Shown here piece after piece: positions 43,281 through 56,364 of a DNA stretch of 64,000 nt. The notes below the pieces were generated by a model. That model was not told where the DNA came from, made no database searches, and worked only from the letters and a program-made list of their open reading frames with translations. Where the stretch lies: the NCBI GenBank assembly GCA_951406725.2, contig OX597836.1, positions 21,762,001 through 21,826,000 of the forward strand. Direction: 5' to 3'. This DNA comes from Octopus vulgaris. Its lineage: Eukaryota. The position numbers and the translations under genes are program-made. Position 1 is the stretch's first letter, and each line of letters begins with the position of its first letter.

Positions 43281-43849
43281 ATATGAGATTTTGTCTTTCA
43301 TCCTTTTGGGGTCGATAAATTAAGTACTAGTTGAACGCTGGGGTCGATGTAATCGACTCATCCCATATCCCAAAATGGCTGCCATTCTGGCAAAATTTGA
43401 AACTACTATTAAGGCGGCGAACTGGCTAAATCATTAGCACACTGGACCATTTCTTTCTATTCAAATTCCGCCACGGTCGACTTTGCCTCTCATTTTTCGG
43501 AGTGAATAAAATAATCAGCAGTTGAGAACTGGAGTCGATGCCTAAACGCCCACCCTAAAATCGATGTCCTGGTACCTACATTAAAGTTACCATCACGCTT
43601 TTGAAATTACTAAAGAAAGTGACTGACGTCTTCTTATATTGGAACTTAACACATCATCGGTCATGTTTTTCTGCACACTGATAACGCAATGCCCTCAGAG
43701 TTTCTTGAAAATCTGTTTAAGAACTAAGTATTGTAACTGATATAAGAATTTTATTTTTTAGAAAACCCACGACTTGTCTCAAAACTCCTGTGACCCTCAT
43801 CCCTAAAGGGTTTCCCTTTGACATGTGTTTTCAATTTGTGAGTTCATAA

Positions 43850-44085
43850 TATCTATTTCTTTATTACCCACAAGGGGCTACAGACAGAGGGGACAAACAA
43901 GGACAGACATAGGTATTAAGTCGATTACATCGACCCCAGTGCGTAACTGGTACTTCATTTATCGACCCCGAAAGGATGAAAGGCAAAGTCGACCTCGGCG
44001 GAATTTGAACTCAGAACGTAACGACAGACGAAATACGGCTACGCATTTCGCCCGGCGTGCTAACGTTTCTGCCAGCTCGCCGCCA
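43850..44085 (-). mobile_element. SINE family B, full length
   Basis: Homology to 1723-1952. Confidence 0.88.
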
Positions 44086-44206
44086 AGGTTATGAACTACC
44101 TGTTCTGTTTAGAAGGTACTTCTGATAGAACCTAGTAGCTATTACCTACAATATTTAGACGGTACCTTTGATAGTATCTAGTAACTATTACTAATAGTGT
44201 TTAGAT

Positions 44207-44457
44207 CAGTGGTTTTCAACCGAGGTCCATATAACCCTTGAGGGTTCGTATAAGATTTGGCTGTTAAAATTTATCTGCAAGGAATAGGTTATACTTCTAC
44301 AATATACAGAATACGTTAACAATGTTTTTTTTTTTTATACAATTTCTGATAATATTTAAATCTAAAAATATAATAGGATTTAAAAAAAATTTTGGATGGC
44401 TATGAGGGTCCGTCCGAGTAAAGGAGTCCATAGGTAAAAAGAAACTGGGGAACGCTG
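44207..44457. mobile_element. hAT-like MITE
   Basis: Ends CAGTGGTTTTCAAC and GGGGAACGCTG; 8-bp flanks GTTTAGAT and CTTCGGAT are a degenerate TSD. Confidence 0.55.
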
Positions 44458-44637
44458 CTTCGGATGATACCTCTGATAATATCTGGGGGTACTTTTTATG
44501 AACAAAAATGATACGTTGCTGGATAATGCAAGGAAATACAAGGAGGGCAACGGATGGAATCTTATTGATCATATGTCTGTTCGATCAGGGCTGACCCAAG
44601 GCTAAGCAACACTACCAACAACAGCAACAATAATAGT

Positions 44638-45368
44638 CTTTTCTACTCTAGGCACAAGGCCCGAAATTTTGGGGGAGGGGGCCAGTCGATTAGATCGACC
44701 CCAGTACGTAACTGGTACTTAATTTATCGACTGCGAAAGGATGAAAAGTAAAGTCGGCCTCGGCGGAATTTGAACTCATACGAAATACCTATTTCTTTAT
44801 TACCCACAAGGGGCTAAACATAGAGGGGACAAACAAGGACAGACATAGGTATTAAGTCGTTGACATCGACCCCAGTGCGTAACTGCTACTTATTTAATCG
44901 ACTCCGAAAGGATGAAAGGCAAAGTCGACCTCGGCGGAATTTGAACTCATACGAAATACCTATTTCTTTATTACCCACAAGGGGCTAAACATAGAGAGGA
45001 CAAACGAGGACAGACATAGGTATTAAGTCGTTTACATCGACCCCAGTGCGTAACTGCTACTTATTTAATCGAAAGGATGAAAGGCAAAGTTGACCTCGGC
45101 GGAATTTGAACTCAGAACCTAGCGGCAGACGAAATACCTATTTCTTTATTACCCACAAGGGGCTAAACACAGAGGGGGCAAACAAGGACAGATATAGGTA
45201 TTAAGTCGATTACATCGACCCCAGTGCGTAACTGGTACTTAATTTATCGACCCCGAAAGGATGAAAGGCAAAGTCGACCTCGGCGGAATTTGAACTCAGA
45301 ACCTAGCGGCAGACGAAATACCGCTAAGCATTTCGTCCGGCGTGCTAACGTTTCTGCCAGCTCGCCGC
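44638..45368 (-). mobile_element. tandem tetramer of SINE family B
   Basis: Four copies of GAAAGGATGAAA.G..AAGT.G.CCTCGGCGGAATTTGAACTCA at 170-180 bp spacing; one head only. Confidence 0.9.
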
Positions 45369-45909
45369 TATAGCAACAATAATATTACTACTACAACAAT
45401 TTTTATCACCAAACACCACCACTACCACGGCCGCTATCACCAATACTATCTATTCCGTCTCTACCACAACACTTCTACCATAGCAACTGCCACTAATACC
45501 ACTAACTCTGCCGTTTCCACCACCACCACCACCACCACCACCAACACCACCAACACCACCAACACCACCACCAACACCACCACCACCACCAACCACCACC
45601 ACCACCACCACCACCATCACCACAACCAGCAGACTCCACCGGCGTTAAGGGCTTTAATGCGTAACGAGAGTGGAAAGGTTAATGTATGTAAGCAGAAAAG
45701 TTTGACACGGCTTTCATTGTTCCAGATAAAATGACATGAAGTGGAGTTGGGGGTGTTGGATAACAAACGGAGTGGGAGGAAAGAGTGAGAGGAGGAGTAA
45801 GGAGAAGGACAGGGAAAGGTGGGACAATGAGGGAGGGGGGAACGAAGAAAATACGCACCCATGGACACACACACTGAAGTATGTATGTATGTATGTATGT
45901 GTGTGTATG

Positions 45910-46070
45910 TCTTTTATATCACTTGTTTCAGTCGTTAGACCGCGGCCAAGCTGGGGCAAAGCCTTGAAGAAAATTAGTCCAATAATTTTACCCTGGTACT
46001 TATCTTTTTAAAAACCTGGTATTCATTCTAACGGTCCTTTTCGCCGTAAACAACTAGCGGTTGTCAAGCA

Positions 46071-46118
<48 letters not shown>

Positions 46119-46312
46119 CTCACACACACATACACACACACATACACATATACGATAGGCTTCTTTTAGTTTCCGTCTACCAAATTCACTGACAAGGCTT
46201 TGGTCAGCCCGAGCCTATAGTAGAGGAAACTGGCCTAAGGTGCTACACGGTGAGACTGAACCCAGAACCATGCGGTTGGGAAGCAAGCTTCTTATCACAG
46301 AGCGACGCCTAT
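45910..46312 (-). mobile_element. SINE family A, diverged
   Basis: Homology to family A; tail duplicated at 46355-46402. Confidence 0.75.
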
Positions 46313-46503
46313 ACCAATATTTCTGCCTACCTACCTACCTACCTACAGATCTATCTTTTATATCACTTGTTTCAGTCGTTAGACTGCGGCCATGCTGGAG
46401 CAAAGCCTCATATCTATCTATCTATCTATCTATCACACGTATTTCTCGGTATGCAAAGGTTGAACTATATACAGATGTATGTGTGTGCGCGCATGTTTAT
46501 GTT

Positions 46504-46536
<33 letters not shown>

Positions 46537-46560
46537 CTGTGTGTGTACATATATATATCT

Positions 46561-46930
46561 AGGCGCAAGAGTGGCTGTGTGGTAAGTAGCTTGCTAACCA
46601 GCCACATGGTTCCGGGTTCAGTCCCACTGCGTGGCATCTTGGGCAAGTGTCTTCTGCTATAGCCCCGGGCCGACCAATGCCTTGTGAGTGGATTTGGTAG
46701 ACGGAAACTGAAAGAAGCCTGTCGTATATATGTATATATATATATGTGTGTATGTGTGTGTGTTTGTGTGTCTGTGTTTGTCCCCGTCACTTAGCGGTTC
46801 AGCAAAAGAGACCGATAGAATAAGTACTGGGCTTACAACGAATAAGTCCTGGGGTCGATTTGCTCGACTAAAGGCGGTGCTCCAGCATGGTCGCAGTCAA
46901 ATGACTGAAACAAGTAAAAGAGTAAAAGAG
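46561..46930 (+). mobile_element. SINE family A with internal deletion
   Basis: Segment between two GTCCCC motifs is lost relative to 7211-7612. Confidence 0.88.
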
Positions 46931-46959
46931 TATATATATATATATATATATATACGTGG

Positions 46960-47530
46960 GAAGAAACAAAATTTCTTTGCCCTCTAAATGCTGGCTCTCA
47001 AGTTTGCGAGCCTCTTCAGGGGTGTGAAATTGCAACCACACCGTTGCGTATTTGACACCCTCTGGAAATGAATTTAATAGTTGGCAAATACTCTACCAAC
47101 TCCTTTTCAATTACAGTCTTTTCAAATAGGGCGATGGTGCAGAGTGGCTTGGAGTAGGTCCTCAGCGCCACCGTCCTCTCTTCACGGCCTTTCAACTAGT
47201 GTTTGTGTGGTATAATTTCCCAATCCAAAACATTGTCTTTTTTCATTGCCATGTTTTTTTAAACAGTTCGAAAATAGTTCAAAATAAAACTTAAAAAGAG
47301 AGAAGAAAAAGAAAGAAATCAAAAGAAAGTCACAATAAAAGGGAAAGGAGAAAAGGAAAACAATTCACGAAAAAGAAAATCAAAAATGTTTAGAAGAATG
47401 AAAGTCAATAGTTCAAAAAACATAGCAAAAACATCTTCCGGCCTCTAGAAATTCATGGCCAAGGTCGAACCCAGTACGCCAACTTTGTACCGTTTGCCTC
47501 AATCCACTCAATAAAGTCTACGGTAGGAAG
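46960..47530 (-). mobile_element. possible 5' UTR/ORF1 start of an L1/Tx1-like LINE
   Basis: Minus frame RTVALRTYS...IKFISRGVKYATVWLQFHTPEEARKL, RRM-like, frameshifted. Confidence 0.3.
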
Positions 47531-47549
47531 AAGCATTCTGATTAGTTTA

Positions 47550-47934
47550 GGAGGAAGCACTCCGTCGGTTACGACGACGAGAGTTCCGGTTGATCCGGTC
47601 AACGGAACAGCCTGCTCGTGAAATTAACGTGTAAGTGACTGAGCACTCCACAGACACGTGTACCCTTAACGTAGTTCTCGGGGATATTCAGCGTGATACA
47701 GAGAGTGACAAGGCCGGCCCCTTGAAATACAGGTACAACAGAAACAGGAAGTAAGAGTGAGAGAAAGTTGTGGTGAAAGAGTACAGCAGGGATCACCACC
47801 ATCCCTGCCGGAGCCTCGTGGAGCTTTAGGTGTTTTCGCGCAATAAACACTTACAACGCCCGGTCTGGGAATCGAAACCGCGATCCTACGACCGCGAGTC
47901 CGCTGCCCTAACCACTGGGCCATTGCGCCTTCAC
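47550..47934 (-). mobile_element. SINE family C (OR1-like) with TSD
   Basis: TGATTAGTTTA at 47539-47549 and 47935-47945. Confidence 0.88.
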
Positions 47935-49281
47935 TGATTAGTTTAATATCACGAGTTGACTATGTGACCATGAGGAGCGAGCGGTAGGAGCAGCAAGCGC
48001 GCATCACATGGCGTCAATTGCTAATAATACGACACGCCGTCGTAACACCGCGCGTCGCCAACCGACCACACAAAGCAATCAGCACGGCGATGCTTACGAC
48101 GCTCTAGAGTACGACCACACACCCATCAGCGGTTGGGGCTGAGAGTGTGAACGGACGATCGAAATAGACGCACACGCGGCTCCCTTACAACGGTGCCGTC
48201 ACACTGAATGCGCCGTGGCTCGTTTTCCAGCCCTGCTAATGGCTATGAGTGTTGTTTGTTCATGACCTGTGAAATGATGTCTATTTTAACAAGCAGCACG
48301 TGTGCATGTAATGGATCTGGGCGGTGGTGAATTGGCGTTGGACAGAAAACCTCACGATTTTCTCTACCGACTTTATGCATCTACGTTCTGAGTTCAAATT
48401 CGACCGAGGTCGACTTTGCCTCTCATCTTTTCAGGCTTCATAAAAAAAATGTGCCAATCTAAGGCATACAAAAACAAATCTATACCTACACACATCATCA
48501 ATATTCCCTCCACCACCAAACGTTCATGTTCCACCGGGAGAGGGAGGTCATTTTACGTGGTCACTCAACCTGCTAAAAATAACAATGAAATCTTTTTTAG
48601 ACCACATTCTTCTGCGTTATAAAAAGGACGTATATGGAAACGTCTATTTAAATCTACAATAAAGGTGGTTGAAACATGCTTGACAAAATGTCTCTTTGGT
48701 CATGGTTGACCTGAAGCTAAAGAGGGACAGCAACAATTACAACAAGACCAGCAACAAAAGCAATTCCATGCTTTGGCTAACACATACATATAGCTATTTC
48801 AACGTCCGACCCATACGCATACACACACCCACTTTCAAACCTAAACATTCTTTCACACATACATACAAACACAAACACACACACAAATATATGCGTATTT
48901 ATCTACCGTAACTCACACACACACACACACGCACGCACGTATACACACACACGCAAACAGACACACGCTCGCGTGTACATCACTGAGTGCTGTCCTAAGG
49001 GGAGATCATTCAAGTAGAAATACACGCTTTCTTTTCCGTTAAAAAACTAATTCACATTTGAAAGAGTAGCAAAAGTCATGCCATGCAAAACCACCACACG
49101 CGTATTAAGTGACATATACGTAATTATACGCACATACACTTCATTTTTCACGCTCGCACATACACACAAACACACACTTAAATACATACACATCCAAACA
49201 CCCACGTACGAATATATTGAAACACAAAGACACAAATACAGACAACATGTGCGCATTCATGCTTACATATATATGATATGT

Positions 49282-49330
<49 letters not shown>

Positions 49331-49449
49331 TGTGTGTGTGTGTGTGTGTATAGTCAATTCGAATAAACGAATAATAAAATTAACAATTACATACAACAAA
49401 AGGACGTGCACAAGGAATGTATTAGTTTGACGCTCTGTAAAAAGAGAGT

Positions 49450-49484
49450 TTTTGATGTTTCGAGCATAGCACTTCTTCGGAAAA
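49450..49484 (-). ncRNA. minimal hammerhead motif, degenerate (CCGAAGA core)
   Basis: Minus TTTT-CCGAAGA-A-GTGC(TAT)GCTC-GAAAC-ATC-AAAA. Confidence 0.5.
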
Positions 49485-49636
49485 GAGAAAGAGAAAAGTC
49501 CAAGGAAGGAAATATATTGCACGTGTGCAGTTACATAAACTGTATGTATACCTACCTACCTACCTATGTTGATTCGCTAGCTTCTGCACGCATTTTTTTT
49601 CTCTCCTTGTTTCTCTCCGTGTTTCTTTTCTGTGTA

Positions 49637-49674
49637 TCTTTCTGTTGAAGAGCGTAGGCTCGAAACGTAAAAGA
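49637..49674 (+). ncRNA. minimal hammerhead motif (CTGTTGA core variant)
   Basis: TCTTT-CTGTTGA-A-GAGC(GTAG)GCTC-GAAAC-GTA-AAAGA; 5-bp helix I. Confidence 0.62.
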
Positions 49675-50529
49675 CTTGTTTTATTTATATTCCTGAGCGC
49701 CATACTAATACAATTGTTTGTTTGTATTCCACCTGCCTTCGTCTTTTGTTTATTTTCATAAAGCTTCCCGTTATATATATATATATATACATACACACGA
49801 TATAAACATTTAAATATGTGTACATACACAACAGATATGTGTGTGTGTATGTGTGTGTGTGTGTGCGTGTATGTTGATTCACCAGAAATGATAAATTACA
49901 GGACTCAATTGAAATGTAGACTATTATTCTTTGATACATTATAACCGAAAGACTCCGATTTCCAGTTACTCTTTTCCGATCTTCAGCTGCTAAACCAAGC
50001 CCAGTTTTCTTTCGAAGCATCCACTGTCTAAATATGTTTTTGAAATTTGGCATAAAAAATTGAAGAAGACGCTTATCTTTATGTTGATCTGTTTAAAAAC
50101 CTATGTGAGGGACTTGTGCAAAAACGGCTGCTTCGAGCTTACGCTTTTGATTTTATTTGTTGTTTGTGTGGTAATATTATTATAAACATCTTAAACTCCA
50201 TACTTGCGAAGTCATGAAGTTATGTTTCTGTTTAAACAATGTTTCAAAGTAATACTTCCAAGCAATACTTTTAATTAATGCTTTTAAAAACAGTAAGTGG
50301 TTGTTCATTTTGCATGCACTTGTACAGACACTGACATGTACACACATGCAGACTCATACACACATATATATATATATACACAGAACAGTATATTCATTTA
50401 TAGATATATGCACACATAAACATGCACCCACACATATTGAAATATATATTAATAAAACCTATTAATTAAACATTTCTAAACCATTTTATTTTTGTTTGTT
50501 TTCTGAACCAGAACGAAATTCAGGGAGGC

Positions 50530-51150
50530 TTGAAGTTGTATAAAAGATACCTAGCATACAGGATATTAACAATTCAGTTCTTTTGTTCAAGCTATTGCTG
50601 CTTTGAGTCAAAATTCTCAATTTTTGCTTAAGCGAGGGTCACGCTGCATCTTTGATTTGAAATTTCCCTTCTTGTATGGTTGCTTACTAACTACACTAGA
50701 TTAATTAATTTGAATTCGTGAAGACTTATCTCACCTCCTAAGAACCATATAAACTTTGACAAAGCCTGAGTACATTTTCAGTCGAGGTTCTTGATTGCGA
50801 GTTCCGTTTCCCCCAATATATGTTTTAGGTTCATCACTGCTGTTTGCTTCATCGATTGTGCCAGACAGTTACTGCTTAGTGGACAGTCCTCACAAATTCT
50901 ACAGTTGCAATCATCGTTGTTGAACAGCTGTTTGCACCTCTCTTTTATTTAGCTTCGCAGCATTATAACCCCTGATATCACATACACAATTTTTGCAAAT
51001 TGAGTTACTAATCTTAACACAATTCCTATTCGATGATTTTTTTATACTTATATCTTGCCGGAAAATGGTGATCTATTAAATTAAGAAATTCTCTAGCTAC
51101 ACTAGGTTAAATCATGAGTTGTGCCATAAAATGTTCCTTTTCCTATTCTT
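50530..51150 (-). mobile_element. Penelope-like element ORF C-terminus (linker and GIY-YIG), decayed
   Basis: RKRNILWHN..FLNLIDHHFP..NCVKIS; CNCRICEDCPLSSNCL..KTYIG..LSKFIW..LNK. Confidence 0.75.
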
Positions 51151-51377
51151 ATGCTGTATATTTCCATTGTTCAGTACGACCCGCCCTTGAGGATGCCTTT
51201 GCATATTCGACCTGTTTGCTAGAATTAAGAATCAAAACTTCCTTCGATCGCACTCTATCGTCTACAATACAGAAGGATATGAACTAATATGAGAACTAAA
51301 ACGTGGTTGTATTTGAATTAGTATATGTGTATGTGTGCATACATATATGCGTGTGTACGTGTTTGTGTGTGTGTACG

Positions 51378-51410
<33 letters not shown>

Positions 51411-51439
51411 ATGCGTGTATGTGCGTGTGTGTATGTGTG

Positions 51440-52375
51440 TGGGAACAGTAACCTCTCCATGGCAAATATGTGGCCCGTAGCAAACAAACTAATGTCGACC
51501 AGAAACACACGCACCAATGGTTACGAAGCTCTGGGCTAAAAGCAGAGAGTGAAGGTTTCATATTAGCTGCTCAATACCAAAGCTTATTAACCCGGAACTA
51601 CCAAGCCAATGTGATGAAAAATGGAGCTGACCCAAAATGCCGATTCTGTAACGATGAGATTGAAACAATAGACCACCTAATCTCAGGGTGTAGAGTCTTA
51701 GCACCTGCAGAATATAAAGCAAGACATGACAGAGTCGGCCAGTATTTACATTGGACAATATGTCAGCATTATAAAATCAAAACCGCTGACAAATGGTATA
51801 AACATCATTCTGAAGCTGTGACTGAGGGAGAAAATGTGTCGATTCTATGGGACTTCTCCGTGCAGACCGACAGGACTATAAAAGCGAATAAACCGGGTAT
51901 TATTATAAAAGATCAGACAAAAAGGATGTGTTTATTAATTGACATGAGTATTCCCTGTGATCACAATATGGCGGCGAAAGAATTTGACAAGATTAGTAAA
52001 TATAAAGACTTGCTAATAGAAATTGAAAAAATGTGGTATCTCAAGGCGACTACAGTACCAGTGATTGTAGGATCTCTAAGAATGATAAAAAAAAAGGTAC
52101 TGAAACCTATTTGAAAATGATTTCAGGCTTACCATCCCTACAGGAAGTGCAAGAAATCCTATTAACTGGAACGGCTCATGTACTGAGAAGAGCACTATCG
52201 CTGTGAAAATAACATCCATCCATGAATTTATTTATTTATTAATTTTTAAATACATATTTTATCTGTGAATTTGCGCGTGTAATCTGGGAATGCATACAAT
52301 GCCCTTCTCTGCCCTAGGTGTATGGAAAACACTCGGCGAGAACCGGAAGAAAATTTGAAGAAAGAAGGAAAAAAC

Positions 52376-52376
<1 letters not shown>
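51440..52376 (+). mobile_element. 5'-truncated R4/Dong-like element (CCHC, RLE, 3' UTR) ending at (TAA)n
   Basis: ORF 51470-52114: SGLKAESEGFILAAQ, CRFC..ETIDHLISGC, RHD, LIDMSIP, KYKDL. Confidence 0.9.
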
Positions 52377-52458
<82 letters not shown>

Positions 52459-52548
52459 GTGTCTACTAAAGACACAAGGCCTGAAATTTGGTGGGAGGGA
52501 ACGAGTCGATTTCATCGAACCAGTGTATCGCTGGTACTTAACTTATTG

Positions 52549-52780
52549 GTGGCGGTGAGCTGGCAGAAACGTTAGCACGCCGGGCGAAATGCTTAGCGGT
52601 ATTTCGTCTGCGTTACGTTGTGAGTTCAAATTCCGCCGAGGTCGACTTTACCTTTCATCCTTTCGGGGTCGATAAATTAAGTACCAGTTACGCACTGGGG
52701 TCGATGTAATCGACATAATACCTATGTCTGTCCTTGTTTGTCCCCTCTGTGTTTAGCCCCTTGTGGGTAGTAAAGAAATA
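52549..52780 (+). mobile_element. SINE family B nested in an older opposite-strand family B copy
   Basis: Direct repeat GGTACTTAACTTATTG at 52533-52548 and 52781-52796; host spans about 52460-52830. Confidence 0.88.
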
Positions 52781-54148
52781 GGTACTTAACTTATTGACTT
52801 CGAAATGATGAAAGGCAAAGTCGACCTCTGATAACACTAATTTAGCTCTAAACGTAGTGTAGGCAAATAGAAAGATACCATGGTCATGGCTGGAGAACCT
52901 TGATCATAGCCAAGACTGACCTATAGTAACAAACGACTATTACAGCTGCTATTATTGCTGTCTCCCCATTTTCTTTTCTTCAATACTACCATCATCATCA
53001 CCACTGTACAACCGTCACCTACACAGCTAATAATGGTGATGATGATAATGATGATGATGGTGGTTGTGGTGGTGGTGGTGGTGGTGGTGATGGTGGTGGT
53101 GGTGGTGGTGGTTGTGGTGGTGGTGGTGGTTGTGGTGGTGGTGGATTTGGTGGTGGTGGATTTGGTGGTGGTGGTGGTGGTGGTGATGAGGATGATGATA
53201 ATGATGATGGTTGTAGTGGTGGTGGTGATGGTGGTGGTGATAATGGCACCGATGGTTTCAGGAGTAGTATTGGTGATGGTATTGGTAGTGGTGATGGTGA
53301 TGGTGATGGTGACGATGGTGGAGGTAGTGGTAATCGTGGCAGTGACGGTGATAAGTGTGGTAGTGGTGAGTTTGGGCAATATATTGGTGGTAGTGGTAGG
53401 GGTTGTGTTGGTGGTGATGGTGGTGGTGTTGGTGGTGGCTGTGACGGTGGTGCTGATAGTGGTGGTTGTAGTAGCCGTGGCTGATGCGGCGGCGGCGGCG
53501 GCGGCGGCGGCAGCAGCGGTGGTGGTGGTGGTGGTGGTGGTGGTGGTAGTGATTTGCAGGTGCGCTAATTTGCTATATTGTGGACACGCTTCAATGGCTG
53601 GCAAGCTGTGTTGGAGGTGAAGTAGGAGACGTGATGGGGCGGGTATGGTGATGTTCGATGGAAGGAGGAGGAGGAGGAGGGAGGGAGGGAGGGAGGAGGA
53701 ATTACGGAAAGAATCAACGAGTATAAGTAGATAGGAGGGGGTAGGGGGAAAGGATATTGCTGTGTCGAGGAACTAGTGGGGATGGTGGCGGTGGTGGTGG
53801 TGGTGGTGGTGGTGGTGGTGGCTAAATTACTCGTCGAAAAGTAAACTATTGATTGCAAAAAGACATTTATTGCAAAAGATAACCTAAGGTTGCTTCTTTC
53901 TTTGTTTTGTTTTTTAAGGAGAAATGAAAGAGAGAGAGAGAGAGAGGTGGATGAGTTGGAGAGAGAGGAGTGAGAGAGGAGTGGGAGAGGAGTAAGAGAG
54001 AGGGGAGAGACAGAGAGACTGACTGAGGTTGGATGGGAAGAAAGAGGAAAGAAGAGAGAGAAGGAACGAGAAAGTGAGTCGGCAATCGGGGGAGAAAGGA
54101 AGAAAAATCAAAGAGAGAAGAAAATGAACGAAAGAAAGAAAAGAAGAT

Positions 54149-54291
<143 letters not shown>

Positions 54292-54902
54292 ATGAATGAA
54301 AGAAAGGTAGAAATAAAGAAAAGAGAGAGAAGAAGGAAAGATAGAAAAAAGAAAAAGAAACAAGAGAGCAAGAAAACTGAATGAAAGAAAGATAAGACAG
54401 AGAGAACGAAAAAAGAAAGAGAGAGAAGGAAAGAAAAAGAGAGAAGGAAAGAAAAAGAGAGAAAGAAAGTAAAAAAGAGGGCAGAAAGAAAGGAAACGGA
54501 AAGAAAAAGAAAAAAGAAAAAATAGAAAAAGAGACAATGAAAGTAAAGGAGAAAAGACGGAAAGAAAGAGGAGGAAAGGAAGGAAGGTAGGAAGGAAGGA
54601 AGGAAGGAAGGAAGGCAGATAACACAGAAAGACTTGCTATTTAAATGGCGGCGAGAAAAACCCACTTTTAAAGTCGGTTTGTATTTGCTTATTTTAGACT
54701 TTTGTTTACTTAGTTTTATATTTACATTTATTTATATTGCATCTATTTCTTTATAGATTTGTTTATATGTATTTATATATTTGAGTTCATTTATTTATTT
54801 ATTTTTCTTTCTTTATTTATTTATTCCTATTTATTGCCTTATCAGAATTCAAATCTTGTTTGTTCGGACAAGATTCAAAATGGCTGCTATATTTTGGAGT
54901 TT

Positions 54903-54977
<75 letters not shown>

Positions 54978-56044
54978 CTTCCTTTCTACTTCCCACCTGT
55001 TTTAGTTCACCTTCCTCTCTCTCAACCCCTTTCTCACTCAATCCTCGATATATATATCTCTCTCTCCCTGGCTCATACTCTCCTCTCCCTCTTTCTCTCT
55101 CCTCCTCCTCTCTCTCCCTCAGTCTCAATATATATATATATGTATTCATTTATTTATTTATATTTCAGTATCTATTCCTCACCTTACATTCGTACACTTC
55201 CCACATTATGTATGTATGTATGTATGTATGTATGTATGTATGTATGTATGTATGTATGTATGTATGTATGTATGTATGTATGTATGTATGTATGTATGTA
55301 TGTATGTATGTATGTATGTATGCATGCATGTATGTATGTATGTATGCATGTATGCATGTATGTATGTATGTATGTATGCATGTATGCATGTATGTATGTA
55401 TGTATGTATGTATGTATGTATGTATGTATGTATGTATGTATGTATGTATGTATGTATGTATGTATGTATGTATGTATGTATGTGTGTATGTATGTATGTA
55501 TGTATGTATGTATGTATGTATGTATGTATGCATGTATGTATGTATGTATGTATGCATGTATGCATATATATATATGTGTGTGTGTGTGTGTGCGTATGTG
55601 TGTGTATGTGTGTATAAGTAATTATTTGGATTTTGGGCTGCCTGATGTCATCACCAGTTACAGTATAATTTTCACTGGATCTAAGTCAGGAATTCCGCGG
55701 CGTTTGTTAAGTTTATAATTGATGAGGGAAACGGAAGAGGAATTTGGTAAGAACCCTTATCCAATATTCGTGCCTAATCCATTTTCCGTTTCCCCCATTA
55801 ATTATGTATATATATGTATATATATATATATATGTGTGTGTGTATGTGTGTGTGTATGTGTATGTATATGTACATCTATATACACAAATATATATATCCA
55901 TAAGACGCATACGTATATATGTGTGTGCATAAGTAAAGTGTATAAATATATCATATAACTTGTATATGTATGTATGCATGAATGTGTGTATATGTATACT
56001 TATATATTTACACACGCACATATATATGTATATATATACACACA

Positions 56045-56146
<102 letters not shown>

Positions 56147-56180
56147 TAGCTCTATCAATCTTTCTTTCTCTCTCTCTCTA

Positions 56181-56224
<44 letters not shown>

Positions 56225-56329
56225 ATCCAAACAAGAAAACACAGAAAAAAAACACAGAAAAAACATAGCAACGCGAGGACGTGGAACAATTAAAGTATTA
56301 TTTGACGCTCAGGAAAGAAGGGAAGGAGG

Positions 56330-56364
56330 GTTTAACGTTTCGAGCGGAGCTCTTCGTCGGAAAC
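56330..56364 (-). ncRNA. minimal hammerhead motif (CCGACGA core)
   Basis: Minus GTTT-CCGACGA-A-GAGC(TCC)GCTC-GAAAC-GTT-AAAC; paralogue of 24546-24580. Confidence 0.58.
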
